From Alphaproteobacteria bacterium (GTDB lineage: Bacteria > Pseudomonadota > Alphaproteobacteria > GCA-2731375): a DNA stretch of 64,000 nt. Made by a program: the position numbers and the translations under genes. The notes under the pieces were generated by a model. The model searched no databases and was not told the DNA's origin. It saw only the letters and a list, made by a program, of their open reading frames with translations. The DNA lies in the NCBI GenBank assembly GCA_965232515.1, contig CBDDPY010000002.1, forward strand, positions 2,976,001 through 3,040,000. Direction: 5' to 3'. Each line of letters begins with the position of its first letter. Position 1 is the stretch's first letter. Positions 20,201 to 30,333 of this stretch are shown here, one piece after another.

Positions 20201-21058
20201 TCAGCTCGGTCGTCCGGCGACGGCCGACAGAAAGTCCAGGATGTACTGCATGGCGGCGGGGTTCTCGAACACGTCGTGGGTGTTCTGCTGATCCAGCACG
20301 ATCGACTGCGAGGCCGGCCGGCCGGCCATGAAGGCGCCGCAATGGCCGCGTTGGCCGACCGTTCGGCTGGCGTCGTACCAGGGATCGTCCGCCTGCACTA
20401 GAGCCAAGACAGGCTCGTCCGCCGGCGCCGCCAGGCCGCGGATCAGCGCGCCGCCGTGACAGGTCCATTGCGCGATCACCCGTCCTCGGAATTCGGTGCC
20501 CCGATAAAGCGCCGCCGCGACGCCGCCCTCGCTGGTGCCCATCAGAAACAGCCGATTCGGATCGACCCAGGGCAGCGCCTCCATGCGGTGCAGCGCATAG
20601 GAGATCTCGGCCATGCGGAAATCGAAAACGAACCGGTTCTCGCCGCCCGTCTGCCGCGAGGGCCGGCACTGCAACGGCCGGTAGCGGCGCGAGAAGCTGT
20701 CGGGCGCGATCACCGCGAAGCCGCGGCGGGCCAGCGCCTTCAGCGTTTCCGTGTTCCTGAGCCCGGTGCAGCCATGCAGATAGATGACCGTCGGATAGCG
20801 CAAGCCGCGCGCGTCGCCGCGGACGAACGCCGACAATTGCCGGTCGGTCATCCGCGCCGTCAACGGTGCGTTGCCGTGCCCGCGCGGCAGCACGACGGTG
20901 GCTTCGTTGAACGTGCGGGCGATATCGCTGTCGTCTTCCGTCCATGCGGACTGGTTGAACCATTCGCTCTGATTCAGCGTGGAATTGCCGCAGCCCGATA
21001 GGCCAAGCGCCAACGCCGCGGCAACGGCACCCGCGCCAAGCCATCGAAACGCGCTCAC
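20201..21058 (-). CDS. Dienelactone-hydrolase-like alpha/beta hydrolase lipoprotein
   Basis: LSGC lipobox, LHGCTG, GTSEGG nucleophile elbow; GTG start overlaps the ispE stop. Confidence 0.75.
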   Translation of the reverse strand: MSAFRWLGAGAVAAALALGLSGCGNSTLNQSEWFNQSAWTEDDSDIARTFNEATVVLPRGHGNAPLTARMTDRQLSAFVRGDARGLRYPTVIYLHGCTGLRNTETLKALARRGFAVIAPDSFSRRYRPLQCRPSRQTGGENRFVFDFRMAEISYALHRMEALPWVDPNRLFLMGTSEGGVAAALYRGTEFRGRVIAQWTCHGGALIRGLAAPADEPVLALVQADDPWYDASRTVGQRGHCGAFMAGRPASQSIVLDQQNTHDVFENPAAMQYILDFLSAVAGRPS

Positions 21059-21930
21059 GCCGGCGCTCCCAACCGGGTCACCGCGCTCCACCAGCCCGGC
21101 TCGCTGCGACGCAGCGCCCTCTCGGCATCCCTGGCCGCACCCGGGTCGTCGAACAGCGCGAAGCAGGTCGCGCCACTGCCGCTCATACGCGCCAGCAAGG
21201 CGCCCGGCAGCGTCGACAGGCGGTCCAACACAACGCCGACGGCCGGCGCCAATGACCGCGCCGCCGCCTCCAGTCCGTTCGACCGGTGCGCCAACAATCC
21301 GGCCAGCGCCGCCACGTCCGCCGGAGATCGGTCGAACCGGCCCGGCGCGTCGTCGGCCTGCCGCCGCGTGGCGAAGACATCGGCCGTGGCGAGCACGATG
21401 CCGGGATTGACCAGCAGCGCGTGAACCGGCGGCAGCATCGGCGCCGGCGTGATCTCGTCGCCAATGCCGGCCATGAAAACAGTGCGCGTTTCGAGGCAGA
21501 CCGGAACATCGGCGCCGAGCGTGCCGCCGATGTCGCGCAACGCGTCAACCGAAAGCCCCAGATCCCAAATTTCGTTCAAGCCCCGCAGCACCGCAGCCGC
21601 ATCGGCCGACCCGCCGCCCAAACCCGCCGCAACCGGCAACCGCTTGGTCAGGCGCATGGCCGCCGCCGCCGGCCTGTCGGCCGCCGCCGCCAACGCGCGC
21701 GCCGCCGACAACATCAGGTTGTCGCCGCATTCGAGCGCCGCGGCGAACGGGCCGTCGACCTGGAGCGTCAGTTTTTCCGATGGCGCGACAACGACCTCGT
21801 CGCCGATATCGGCGAAGGCGACCAGGCTGTCCAGCAGATGATAGCCGTCCGGCCGACGGCCGGTGATATGAAGATAGAGGTTGACCTTGGCGAACGCCGT
21901 CAGGCGTAGCGCCCCGCCGTCAGCTGTCAC
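21055..21930 (-). CDS. ispE: 4-diphosphocytidyl-2-C-methyl-D-erythritol kinase
   Basis: AKVNLYLHI, KRLPVAAGLGGGSADAA, GADVP, MSGSGATCF. Confidence 0.96.
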   Translation of the reverse strand: MTADGGALRLTAFAKVNLYLHITGRRPDGYHLLDSLVAFADIGDEVVVAPSEKLTLQVDGPFAAALECGDNLMLSAARALAAAADRPAAAAMRLTKRLPVAAGLGGGSADAAAVLRGLNEIWDLGLSVDALRDIGGTLGADVPVCLETRTVFMAGIGDEITPAPMLPPVHALLVNPGIVLATADVFATRRQADDAPGRFDRSPADVAALAGLLAHRSNGLEAAARSLAPAVGVVLDRLSTLPGALLARMSGSGATCFALFDDPGAARDAERALRRSEPGWWSAVTRLGAPA

Positions 21931-23650
21931 TGCCGACCGGCTTGACCGGCTGCAAGCCCTCGTCGAGCTTCGTCTCGATAACCGGGATCTGCTCCTCGTC
22001 CGGCTCCAACGCCAATGCATGCCGCCATTGGAACCGCGCCTCCAGCCGGCGGCCGACCTGCCAATAGGCGTCGCCCAGGTGTTCGTTGATGGTCGGATCC
22101 TCGGGCCGCAGTTCGACGGCGCGCTCCAGATGCGTGACCGCCGCGTCGAACTCGCCCATGCGGTACAGCACCCAGCCCAGGCTGTCGACGATATAACCGT
22201 CGTTCGGCCGCTGCTCGACGGCCTTCTCGATCATTTCCCGCGCTTCGGTCAGGTTCTTGGCCCGCTCGACCCAGGAATAACCGAGGTAATTCAGCACCAG
22301 CGGCTGATCGGGGCGCAGCTCCAGGGCGCGCAGGAAATCCGCCTCCGCCAGGTCCCAGTCGCTCGAGCGCTCGCGCGCGATGCCGCGCGTGTAGAGCAAG
22401 GCCCAGTGCCGCTCCTGCAGGTCGCCGGTGCGTTCGATCGCCCGGTCATACTCCACGGCCGCTTCTTCGTAGCGTTCGTGCGTCCGCAGAATATCCGCCA
22501 GCGCAATCGGTGCGCCGGTATCCAGCGGACGTTCGTCCACCATGCTGCGCAGCAGCTCGACCGCCTCGTCGACGCGGTCCAGACGGTTCAAGCTGGTCGC
22601 CGTGCGCAGGCGGCTGTCCCAGCTGTAGGCCGACGACAGCGGGATGGCCTTGTAGACGGCGATCGCCTCGCCCCAGCGCTCGTCGTTCTCGAAGATCTCA
22701 CCCAGCAGCATATGGCCGCTGTCGAGATCGGGCCGCATATAGAGCGCCAGCTGAACGTAGACCTTGGCCGCGTTCCCCGCCCGGTCGCGGGCCAGCGCGC
22801 CGGCGGCGCCATAGAATGCTTCGGCGATGCCGTGCTCGATGGTCCGCACCGGCGGCGTCACGCCCCGCCCGGCCGCGATCTCCGCCAAAGCCGCCTCGAT
22901 CACCGGGTTCTCCGGCACGCGGGTCAGATAATCCTCGAACAGCGTGCGCGCCTCGTCGGCCCTGTCCTGGCGAAACAGAAATGAGCCGTAGGCCAGAACC
23001 ACGCGCGTCGCGTTGGCGGCCCCACCGCCGCGGGTTTCGATATAGGCGGCCTCGGCCTCGGCCGGCTTGTCGAGATAGTCATAGATCAGCGCCGAGTGAT
23101 ACGACTTGAAGGCGGCAAAGGCCGCGCGGTCGCTCAGACCGTCCAGCGCCGCCATGGCCGATTCGACGTCGTCCTTGCCGGCGGCGAGCCAGGCCAGCAG
23201 CAGCGGCCGCAGCAACACCGCGAACCCGGTGCGTTGCGGCTGGTCCAACCGCTGCTGGCCGACATCCAGCCGGCCGTCGCGGATGTCGTCGATGGCCAGC
23301 ACCATTTGCGCCATCACGGCCCGAGGATTGGTCTGGGTCCGCAACTCGGCCAGCTCCACCGCACGCTCCATGCGCCCTTCTTCCAGCATCAGCATGAAGG
23401 TGCGCTGCAGCAGCGTCTGGTTCTCGGGATCTTCCTCCAGCGCCAGGTCGAAATAATCGGCGGCGGCCGAGGTATCGCGGCCGAAGCGGGCACTGCGGCC
23501 GGCCAGATAGCTGCCCAGGGCCGATTCGCCGCCGTTCAGCCCGGCGCCGCCGCCCGCCGGTCCCGCGCCCCGGTTTGCCGTCGGGCTGCAGGCGGCCGTA
23601 ACGCCGGCCACGATGAGCGCCGCCCAGATCAGCTTGGTTCGCGTATCCAT
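21920..23650 (-). CDS. TPR-repeat lipoprotein
   Basis: TAAC lipobox, GSYLAG, LNYLGYSW, DSLGWVLY, EHLGDAYW; usual neighbour of ispE. Confidence 0.9.
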   Translation of the reverse strand: MDTRTKLIWAALIVAGVTAACSPTANRGAGPAGGGAGLNGGESALGSYLAGRSARFGRDTSAAADYFDLALEEDPENQTLLQRTFMLMLEEGRMERAVELAELRTQTNPRAVMAQMVLAIDDIRDGRLDVGQQRLDQPQRTGFAVLLRPLLLAWLAAGKDDVESAMAALDGLSDRAAFAAFKSYHSALIYDYLDKPAEAEAAYIETRGGGAANATRVVLAYGSFLFRQDRADEARTLFEDYLTRVPENPVIEAALAEIAAGRGVTPPVRTIEHGIAEAFYGAAGALARDRAGNAAKVYVQLALYMRPDLDSGHMLLGEIFENDERWGEAIAVYKAIPLSSAYSWDSRLRTATSLNRLDRVDEAVELLRSMVDERPLDTGAPIALADILRTHERYEEAAVEYDRAIERTGDLQERHWALLYTRGIARERSSDWDLAEADFLRALELRPDQPLVLNYLGYSWVERAKNLTEAREMIEKAVEQRPNDGYIVDSLGWVLYRMGEFDAAVTHLERAVELRPEDPTINEHLGDAYWQVGRRLEARFQWRHALALEPDEEQIPVIETKLDEGLQPVKPVGSDS

Positions 23651-23787
23651 GACTGCAACCCGTCGATCAGTTCTCGGGATTCAGGAAATCGGCAACATCG
23701 TCGGCCCGTATCAAAACGCCACAGACGGACGAATTGCAAGTGGTGATGCGCGCCGGACCAGGTAATCGCCGGGTTTCGGTCCGGCGG

Positions 23788-25443
23788 TCACATATTCGGA
23801 TAGTTCGGGCCACCGCCGCCTTCCGGAACGACCCAGTTGATATTCTGTGTCGGGTCCTTGATGTCGCATGTCTTGCAGTGCACGCAGTTCTGGGCGTTGA
23901 TCTGCAGCCGCGGCTCGCTGCCGTCGTCGTTGCGCACGATCTCATAGACGCCCGCCGGGCAATAGCGTTGTTCTGGCGCATCATAGAGCGCCAGGTTATG
24001 CGCCACGGGTACTGACGAATCCTTAAGCGTCAGATGCACCGGCTGATCTTCCTCGTGATTTGTGTTCGAAATAAACACCGACGACAGTTTGTCGAAGCTG
24101 ACGACGCCATCGGGCTTCGGATAGTCGATCGGCGCGCAGTCGGCGGCCTTCTTCAAGCTCTCGTGATCGGGCGTCGTGTGATGGAAGGTCCAGGGCACGC
24201 GGCCGCCGATGAACTGCTCGAGGCCATTGTAGAGCGTACCGCCGATCAACCCCCATTTGGCAAAGGCCGCGCGGAAATTGCGGGCAGCGTAGAGTTCGCG
24301 ATAGACCCACGATTCCTCGAACGCGGCGGGATAGTCGCTCAGTAACGGCGCCGTCGCTTCCTCGCCAGCCGATCGCAGCGCCGCGAACGCGGCTTCCGCC
24401 GCCATCATGCCGGTCTTCATGGCGTTGTGGCTGCCCTTGATCTTCGGCACGTTCAGGAACCCGGCCGCGCAGCCGATCAGGGCGCCGCCGGGAAACACCA
24501 GATCCGGAATCGCCTGCAGCCCGCCCTCGTTCAGGGCCCGGGCGCCATAGGCGATGCGCTTGCCGCCCTCCAGATGCGGCCGGATCAGCGGATGCGTCTT
24601 GTAGCGCTGGAACTCGTCGAACGGCGATAAATGCGGATTTTCATAGTCGAGCGCCACGACATAGCCGACCGCGACCTGGTTGTTCTCCAGGTGATAGAGG
24701 AACGAGCCGCCATAGGTCTTGCGGTCCATCGGCCAGCCTGCGGTGTGGACGACAAGTCCCGGCTGGTGATTCTCGTCCGGCACCTCCCACAACTCTTTCA
24801 GGCCGATGCCGTAAGTCTGCGGATCGGCCGACGCCGCCAGGCCGAAGCGCGCCATCAGCGTCTTGGTCAGCGAGCCCCGACAGCCCTCGGCGAACATGGT
24901 GTATTTCGCATGCAGTTCGATGCCGGGCTCGTGCGACGCCTTCGCCTCGCCGTCGCGGCCGATGCCCATATCGCCGGTGGCGACGCCGCGCACGCGGCCG
25001 TCGTCGTCGTACAGCACCTCGGCCGCGGCGAAGCCCGGATAAACCTCGATGCCCATGGCCTCGGCCTGCTCGGCCAGCCAGCGGCACAGATTGCCCAGGC
25101 TGATGATGTAGTAGCCGTGATTCCGCGTCGCCCTAGGCAGCAGGAACGTCGGCATGGAAATGCCGTTGTGTTCGGTCAGGAAATAGAACTTCTCGCCGCT
25201 GACCGGCGTTTCCAGCGGCGCGCCGCGGTCCGCCCAGTCCGGCAGCAACTCGTTCAACGCCCGCGGGTCGAACACCGCGCCCGACAGAATATGGGCGCCG
25301 ACTTCCGAGCCCTTTTCCAGCACGCAAACGCCGAGATCGACATCGTTTTCCTGGCACAGCTGCTTGAAGCGGATAGCTGCCGCGAGTCCGGCGGGACCGC
25401 CGCCAACAATGACGACGTCGTATTCCATCGATTCGCGTGCCAC
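23788..25443 (-). CDS. Electron transfer flavoprotein-ubiquinone oxidoreductase
   Basis: GGGPAGL FAD motif, GAHILSG, CPAGVYE and [13 protein letters not shown] 4Fe-4S motifs. Confidence 0.97.
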   Translation of the reverse strand: MARESMEYDVVIVGGGPAGLAAAIRFKQLCQENDVDLGVCVLEKGSEVGAHILSGAVFDPRALNELLPDWADRGAPLETPVSGEKFYFLTEHNGISMPTFLLPRATRNHGYYIISLGNLCRWLAEQAEAMGIEVYPGFAAAEVLYDDDGRVRGVATGDMGIGRDGEAKASHEPGIELHAKYTMFAEGCRGSLTKTLMARFGLAASADPQTYGIGLKELWEVPDENHQPGLVVHTAGWPMDRKTYGGSFLYHLENNQVAVGYVVALDYENPHLSPFDEFQRYKTHPLIRPHLEGGKRIAYGARALNEGGLQAIPDLVFPGGALIGCAAGFLNVPKIKGSHNAMKTGMMAAEAAFAALRSAGEEATAPLLSDYPAAFEESWVYRELYAARNFRAAFAKWGLIGGTLYNGLEQFIGGRVPWTFHHTTPDHESLKKAADCAPIDYPKPDGVVSFDKLSSVFISNTNHEEDQPVHLTLKDSSVPVAHNLALYDAPEQRYCPAGVYEIVRNDDGSEPRLQINAQNCVHCKTCDIKDPTQNINWVVPEGGGGPNYPNM

Positions 25444-25628
25444 AGCTCCTCCTCTCGTCCGTATCGCGTCGCGTTCCCCGCGTCGCCATATCCGTGCCGG
25501 CCGACTTGGTTAATTTGCCGTCCCCGCAGGCGTTTATGCCGTTGAAACCCGCACCCGGTCAACGCCGCACCGGCGGCGGACGGGCCGTCATGCTGCGCGG
25601 GCCGGCCCCCTCGTGCTAGCGTCCGGCC

Positions 25629-26441
25629 ATGCAGCAACCGCAATCGGCTTTAGATCTACTCCGCTGGTACATAGATATGGGCGCCGACGAGGCCATCGGC
25701 GAGCGGCCGATCGATCGGTTTCAGCTTTCGGCCGCGGCGCTCGAGCAGCGGACTAAGACGCCGCCAAAGCAGCCGGAACGACGGACCCCTGCCAAGCCGG
25801 CGACGCCCGGCGACGGATTGCGCATGGAATCGCCCGAGGCCGCCGGCGAAAGCGCGCGGAAACTGGCGGAAACCGCGAAAAACCTCGACGAACTGCGGGA
25901 CCTGCTGGCCGCCTTCGACGGATGCCCCCTGAAACGCACGGCGACCAACCTGGTGTTCGGCGACGGCAATCCGGCCGCCGATGTCATGCTGATCGGCGAG
26001 GCGCCCGGCGCCGACGAGGACCGGCAGGGCCTGCCCTTCGTCGGCGTCAGCGGCCAGCTCCTGGACAAAATGCTGGCCTCGATCGGCCTGGACCGGACCT
26101 CGGCCTATATCACCAACATCCTGCCCTGGCGCCCGCCGGGCAATCGCAAGCCGACGCCGGCGGAAAGCGCCATGTGCATGCCGTTCATCCGCCGCCATAT
26201 CGAGCTGGTGGCGCCAAAAGTGCTGGTTCTGCTCGGCGGCACATCGGCGTCGAGCCTGCTCGAACGCAAAGAAGGCATCATGCGGATGCGCGGCCGCTGG
26301 TTCGAGTATCAGAGCCGTGACGGCAAGATTCCGGCCATGCCGACCTATCATCCCGCCTTTCTGCTGCGACAGCCCGCCCTAAAGAAAGACGTATGGAAAG
26401 ACCTCCTCGAAGTAAATAACCGCATTTTAACCTTAAGATGA
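25629..26441 (+). CDS. Uracil-DNA glycosylase, family 4
   Basis: [29 protein letters not shown]. Confidence 0.95.
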   Translation: MQQPQSALDLLRWYIDMGADEAIGERPIDRFQLSAAALEQRTKTPPKQPERRTPAKPATPGDGLRMESPEAAGESARKLAETAKNLDELRDLLAAFDGCPLKRTATNLVFGDGNPAADVMLIGEAPGADEDRQGLPFVGVSGQLLDKMLASIGLDRTSAYITNILPWRPPGNRKPTPAESAMCMPFIRRHIELVAPKVLVLLGGTSASSLLERKEGIMRMRGRWFEYQSRDGKIPAMPTYHPAFLLRQPALKKDVWKDLLEVNNRILTLR

Positions 26442-26522
26442 GTTAAGTGATTAATTAAGTATCCGGCCTCTAATCGTTACCAATTCATTATGGTTAACAA
26501 TTTGTTACTTGCTATGGCCGGC

Positions 26523-26538
26523 TTAATGTTCTATTAAC
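26523..26538. promoter_or_regulatory. CtrA-binding box upstream of the lytic transglycosylase
   Basis: TTAA-TGTTCTA-TTAAC is perfect; a second near-match TTAA-CAATTTG-TTAC lies at 26494-26508. Confidence 0.75.
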
Positions 26539-26544
26539 CTGGTC

Positions 26545-28419
26545 ATGATGCGTCACAAAGTTGCCATATTCTCCGCGTCCGTCGCTCGCCGCCGCCACGA
26601 TTCGACCAATTTTGGCTGGCTTGGGCTCGCCGCGTTCCTGGCCGCCATGTTGCTCTCGGCGCAGCTGTTCGCCGCCGCGAGCCTGGAGAAGTCGGGTCTG
26701 ACCAACGATGGCGATACGCCGTCGATCGTCGATGGCACCCCGCTGGTGCTGTCGCCCGACGATGTCGCCCGCTACCGCCGCATCTTCACGCTGCAGGAGG
26801 AAGGCCGCTGGAACCAGGCCGACCGTCAGATCCGGCAGTTGCGCAGCGATGCGCTGATGGGTCACGTGCTGTTTCAGCGTTACATGCATCCGACCAAGTA
26901 TCGTTCGCGCTATGTCGAGCTGAAGAAGTGGATGGATGCCTATGCCGACCTGCCCGACGCCGATCGGATTTTCCGCCTGGCGCTGAAGCGGCGTCCGGAC
27001 AATTACAAGGCGCCGTCGCGGCCGGTGCGGCCGAAGTCCTCCATGAGCTATGCCGACGTTGCGCCGGCCGGCCCGATCTACCGTTCGTCGCGCGCCCGCA
27101 GCAAGGAGACGCGCCGGCAGATCCGCAGCTTCAAGCGCCAGATCACCCGCAATCTCCGCCGCGACCGGCCGACCGCGGCCCTGAAGCTGCTGCGGCGCAA
27201 GGACGTCGCCAAGCTGCTCGACGAGGTCGAGCGGGATCAGGTCCTGGCCGAGATCGCCGCCTCCTACTTCGTCAATCGCGAGGACAAGAAGGCCTTCGAC
27301 TTCGCCGTCGATGCGGCAGAGCGCTCGCGCCATGTGGTGACAAAGGCCGATTGGACCGCCGGTCTCGCGGCCTGGCGCCTGCGCGACTTCAAGGCGGCGC
27401 AGAAGCATTTCGAGGCGCTGGCCAAGTCGGCCACGGCATCGCCCTGGGACGTCGCCGCCGGCGCTTTCTGGGCCGCGCGCGCCTACCTTGTCGACCGGCA
27501 ACCGGAGCAGGTGAATGGCCTGCTCGAGATCGCCGCGGTGCATACGCGCACGTTCTACGGCCAGATCGCCGCGCGGACGCTGGGCAAGGACACCGGCATT
27601 TCCTGGCACCGCCCGCCGTTGCGGCACACCGACGCCTCGCGCCTCCTGGACATTCCGGCCGTCGAGCGCGCCATCGCGCTGGCCCAGGTCGGCCAGCACC
27701 ACCTCGCCGACCGCGAGCTGCGCACCGCCTATCTGTCGTCCGACCGCTCGGTCGGCGTCGCTCTCCTGGGCCTCGCCAACCGGCTCGGCATCCCGGCGAC
27801 GCAGCTGCGCATGGCCCGCGGCGTCAAGGACGCCGACGGTCAGCCCTTCGACAGCGCGCTGTTCCCGGTGCCGCCGTGGCAGCCGGAAGGCGGCTTCAAA
27901 GTCGACCGGGCGCTGGTCTACGCCTTCATGCGGCAGGAATCGGGCTTCAACGTGCGGGCCAAGAGCCATGCCGGCGCCCGCGGCCTGATGCAGTTGATGC
28001 CGCGGACGGCCAGCTACATCGCCGGCGACCGCAGCCTGCGCGGCAGCGGCAAGGGCAAGCTGTTCTCGCCGGGCCTGAACATTGCGCTGGGCCAGAAGTA
28101 TCTCGGCTACCTGAACAACCACCCGGCCGTGCGCGGCAACCTGTTCATGATGGCCGTCGCCTATAACGGCGGCCCGGGCAACCTCGAGCGCTGGCTCAAG
28201 TCGACGCCGTACGAGGGCGACCCGCTCCTGTTCATCGAAAGCATCCCGTCCAAGGAGACCCGCACCTTCGTCGAGCGCGTGCTGACCAACTTCTGGATCT
28301 ACCGCGAGCGGCTGGGCCAGGACACGCCGTCATTGGATGCTGTTGCCACCGGACATTGGCCCTATTATCTGAAGCTTGACGACAGCACGCTCACGGTCGC
28401 AAGCAATGTCCAGAATTGA
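26545..28419 (+). CDS. Soluble lytic transglycosylase (SLT domain)
   Basis: RQESGF, GARGLMQLMP, AYNGGPG, ETR.FV. Confidence 0.93.
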   Translation: MMRHKVAIFSASVARRRHDSTNFGWLGLAAFLAAMLLSAQLFAAASLEKSGLTNDGDTPSIVDGTPLVLSPDDVARYRRIFTLQEEGRWNQADRQIRQLRSDALMGHVLFQRYMHPTKYRSRYVELKKWMDAYADLPDADRIFRLALKRRPDNYKAPSRPVRPKSSMSYADVAPAGPIYRSSRARSKETRRQIRSFKRQITRNLRRDRPTAALKLLRRKDVAKLLDEVERDQVLAEIAASYFVNREDKKAFDFAVDAAERSRHVVTKADWTAGLAAWRLRDFKAAQKHFEALAKSATASPWDVAAGAFWAARAYLVDRQPEQVNGLLEIAAVHTRTFYGQIAARTLGKDTGISWHRPPLRHTDASRLLDIPAVERAIALAQVGQHHLADRELRTAYLSSDRSVGVALLGLANRLGIPATQLRMARGVKDADGQPFDSALFPVPPWQPEGGFKVDRALVYAFMRQESGFNVRAKSHAGARGLMQLMPRTASYIAGDRSLRGSGKGKLFSPGLNIALGQKYLGYLNNHPAVRGNLFMMAVAYNGGPGNLERWLKSTPYEGDPLLFIESIPSKETRTFVERVLTNFWIYRERLGQDTPSLDAVATGHWPYYLKLDDSTLTVASNVQN

Positions 28420-28954
28420 CGAGACGAAACCCTTCCACCCCGTCAACATCGCCGTCCTCACCGTCTCCGACAGCCGCGGCCTCGCCGACGACAAGTCGGG
28501 CGACCTGCTGGTCGGACGGCTAACGGAGGCCGGCCACACGCTCGCCGACCGGCAGATCGTCACCGACGATCAGGACCGTATCGTCGCGCAGCTCCGTGCC
28601 TGGATTGCCGATCCGTCGGTCGAGGTGGTGATCGCCACCGGCGGCACCGGCGTCACCGGCCGCGACGTCACGCCCGAGGCCTTCCATCAGGTCTACGAAA
28701 AGGAAATCGCCGGCTTCGGCGAGGTGTTCCGGATGATCAGCTACAAGTTCATCGGCACCTCGACGATCCAGTCGCGCGCGACAGCGGGCGTCGCCGGCGG
28801 CACCTATCTGTTCGCACTGCCCGGCTCGCCCGGCGCCTGCCGCGACGGTTGGGACCATATTCTGAAAGACCAGCTCGACATCCGTCACAAGCCCTGCAAC
28901 TTCGCCGAGCTGCTGCCGCGCCTGCGCGAGCACGAACAGCCGGCAGCGCAGTAA
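28406..28954 (+). CDS. moaB: Molybdenum cofactor biosynthesis protein B
   Basis: [37 protein letters not shown]. Confidence 0.96.
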   Translation: MSRIDETKPFHPVNIAVLTVSDSRGLADDKSGDLLVGRLTEAGHTLADRQIVTDDQDRIVAQLRAWIADPSVEVVIATGGTGVTGRDVTPEAFHQVYEKEIAGFGEVFRMISYKFIGTSTIQSRATAGVAGGTYLFALPGSPGACRDGWDHILKDQLDIRHKPCNFAELLPRLREHEQPAAQ

Positions 28955-28968
28955 AGCCTCGGAACCGT

Positions 28969-29595
28969 TCAAATCTCCGCCAGATAGCGCCGGTAGTCGT
29001 CGATCGTATCGACGTCGTTGAGTGTCTCCAGCAGGGCCGTGCGACAACCGTGCGGCAGGTTGCGCAGCGTGTCCGCCAGCGCGTGCTCCGTCGACCAGCG
29101 AACGTTCCGGAAGATATCGGGCCGGAGGGGCCGGCGCTTCAGGCCGACCAGCCAATAGCCGCCGTCGGCCGCCGGTCCGAACACCGCGTCGTGCGTCTCC
29201 AGCGCGGCGAAGGCGTCGACGATATGGTGATGGCGGATGTCGGGGATGTCGCTGCCGACAATCACGACCGGACCACGTGGCCGCGTTGCCATCACCCGGC
29301 CCATACGCACGCCAAGATCGCCTCGGCCTTGTGCGAACCGCGCTACGCGGCGCGGCCAATAACGGCCGTGCCGGCAGAATTCGTCCGGCGTCACGGCGAG
29401 CGACGTGTGCCAGCCCGGCTCGTCGCCGACGGTCCGCAACAGCCGGTCCGTGACCGTGCGGTAGAAGCGCCAGGCGGCGACCGGACCGATGGCTGCGGCC
29501 AAGCGTGTCTTCACGGTGCCGATGCGTGGTGCCTTCACGAACACGACCAGTTGTCGGCGCAGCCGCATCACATCGTCACCGGTAGATCCTGGCAA
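28969..29595 (-). CDS. DUF2064/TIGR04282-family transferase
   Basis: KAP.IGTVKTRL, QGRGDLG.RM, GSDIP, GPAADGGYWLVG, DVDT. Confidence 0.9.
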   Translation of the reverse strand: MPGSTGDDVMRLRRQLVVFVKAPRIGTVKTRLAAAIGPVAAWRFYRTVTDRLLRTVGDEPGWHTSLAVTPDEFCRHGRYWPRRVARFAQGRGDLGVRMGRVMATRPRGPVVIVGSDIPDIRHHHIVDAFAALETHDAVFGPAADGGYWLVGLKRRPLRPDIFRNVRWSTEHALADTLRNLPHGCRTALLETLNDVDTIDDYRRYLAEI

Positions 29596-30268
29596 TAGCG
29601 GCCGGCGGTACGCCGAGAAAGTAGAGGCTGAGGCAGGTGAGATTGCGCGCCGAGCGTCGGAGATAGCCTCCCCGGCGATAACGCGCCGCCGACGTCCATG
29701 CCTTGGCCTCGAGCATTGTCAGGCGTCGCCGACCGATCCGTCGCACGATGTCGACATCTTCCATCAGCGGCACGGCCTTGAAGCCGCCAAGACGATGGTA
29801 AAAGCCGCGCTCGATCAACAGCCCCTGGTCGCCATAGGGCAGCGCCAGCACCCGACAACGCCAGGCGACGATGCGCTCCAACCGCCGGGCCGCGGAATCG
29901 TCGTCGCGGAGCGCGAAGCGGAACACCGCCGCCCGCTCGGCATTCTGCGGCATGGCCATGAAATCGGCCGCTGCCCGTTCCCAGCCGGCCGCTAGTTGGG
30001 TGTCTGCATGCAGAAACAGCAGCCAATCGCCCGTCGCTGCCCCGCCTCCCTCGGCGAGCTGTTGGCCGCGCCCGGCCGGCGCCGCGATCACCCGGGCGCC
30101 CGACGCCGCCGCCACGGCGATGGTGTCGTCCGTCGAGCCGCCGTCGACGACGATAGTTTCCAACAGGAATCCGCCGGTTTTAGCCGCGTCCAGCGCCGCC
30201 AGACAGGGCGCCAGGACCGCCCCGGCGTTCAGAGTCGGAATGACCACGCTCAAGCTCGTTGCCGACAT
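29576..30268 (-). CDS. GT2 TIGR04283-family glycosyltransferase
   Basis: SVVIPTLN, VDGGSTD, FLHADT, PYGDQG, LMEDV. Confidence 0.92.
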   Translation of the reverse strand: MSATSLSVVIPTLNAGAVLAPCLAALDAAKTGGFLLETIVVDGGSTDDTIAVAAASGARVIAAPAGRGQQLAEGGGAATGDWLLFLHADTQLAAGWERAAADFMAMPQNAERAAVFRFALRDDDSAARRLERIVAWRCRVLALPYGDQGLLIERGFYHRLGGFKAVPLMEDVDIVRRIGRRRLTMLEAKAWTSAARYRRGGYLRRSARNLTCLSLYFLGVPPAAIARIYR

Positions 30269-30315
30269 GGCCGGGATCATAGCCCGCTTGGGCGTACTTG
30301 AATCGATTCGCAAAT

Positions 30316-30330
30316 GTTCTTATTATGTTC
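30316..30330. promoter_or_regulatory. Alphaproteobacterial LexA (SOS) box
   Basis: GTTC-TTATTAT-GTTC, an exact GTTC-N7-GTTC, 3 bp before the radical SAM ATG. Confidence 0.8.
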
Positions 30331-30333
30331 TCA

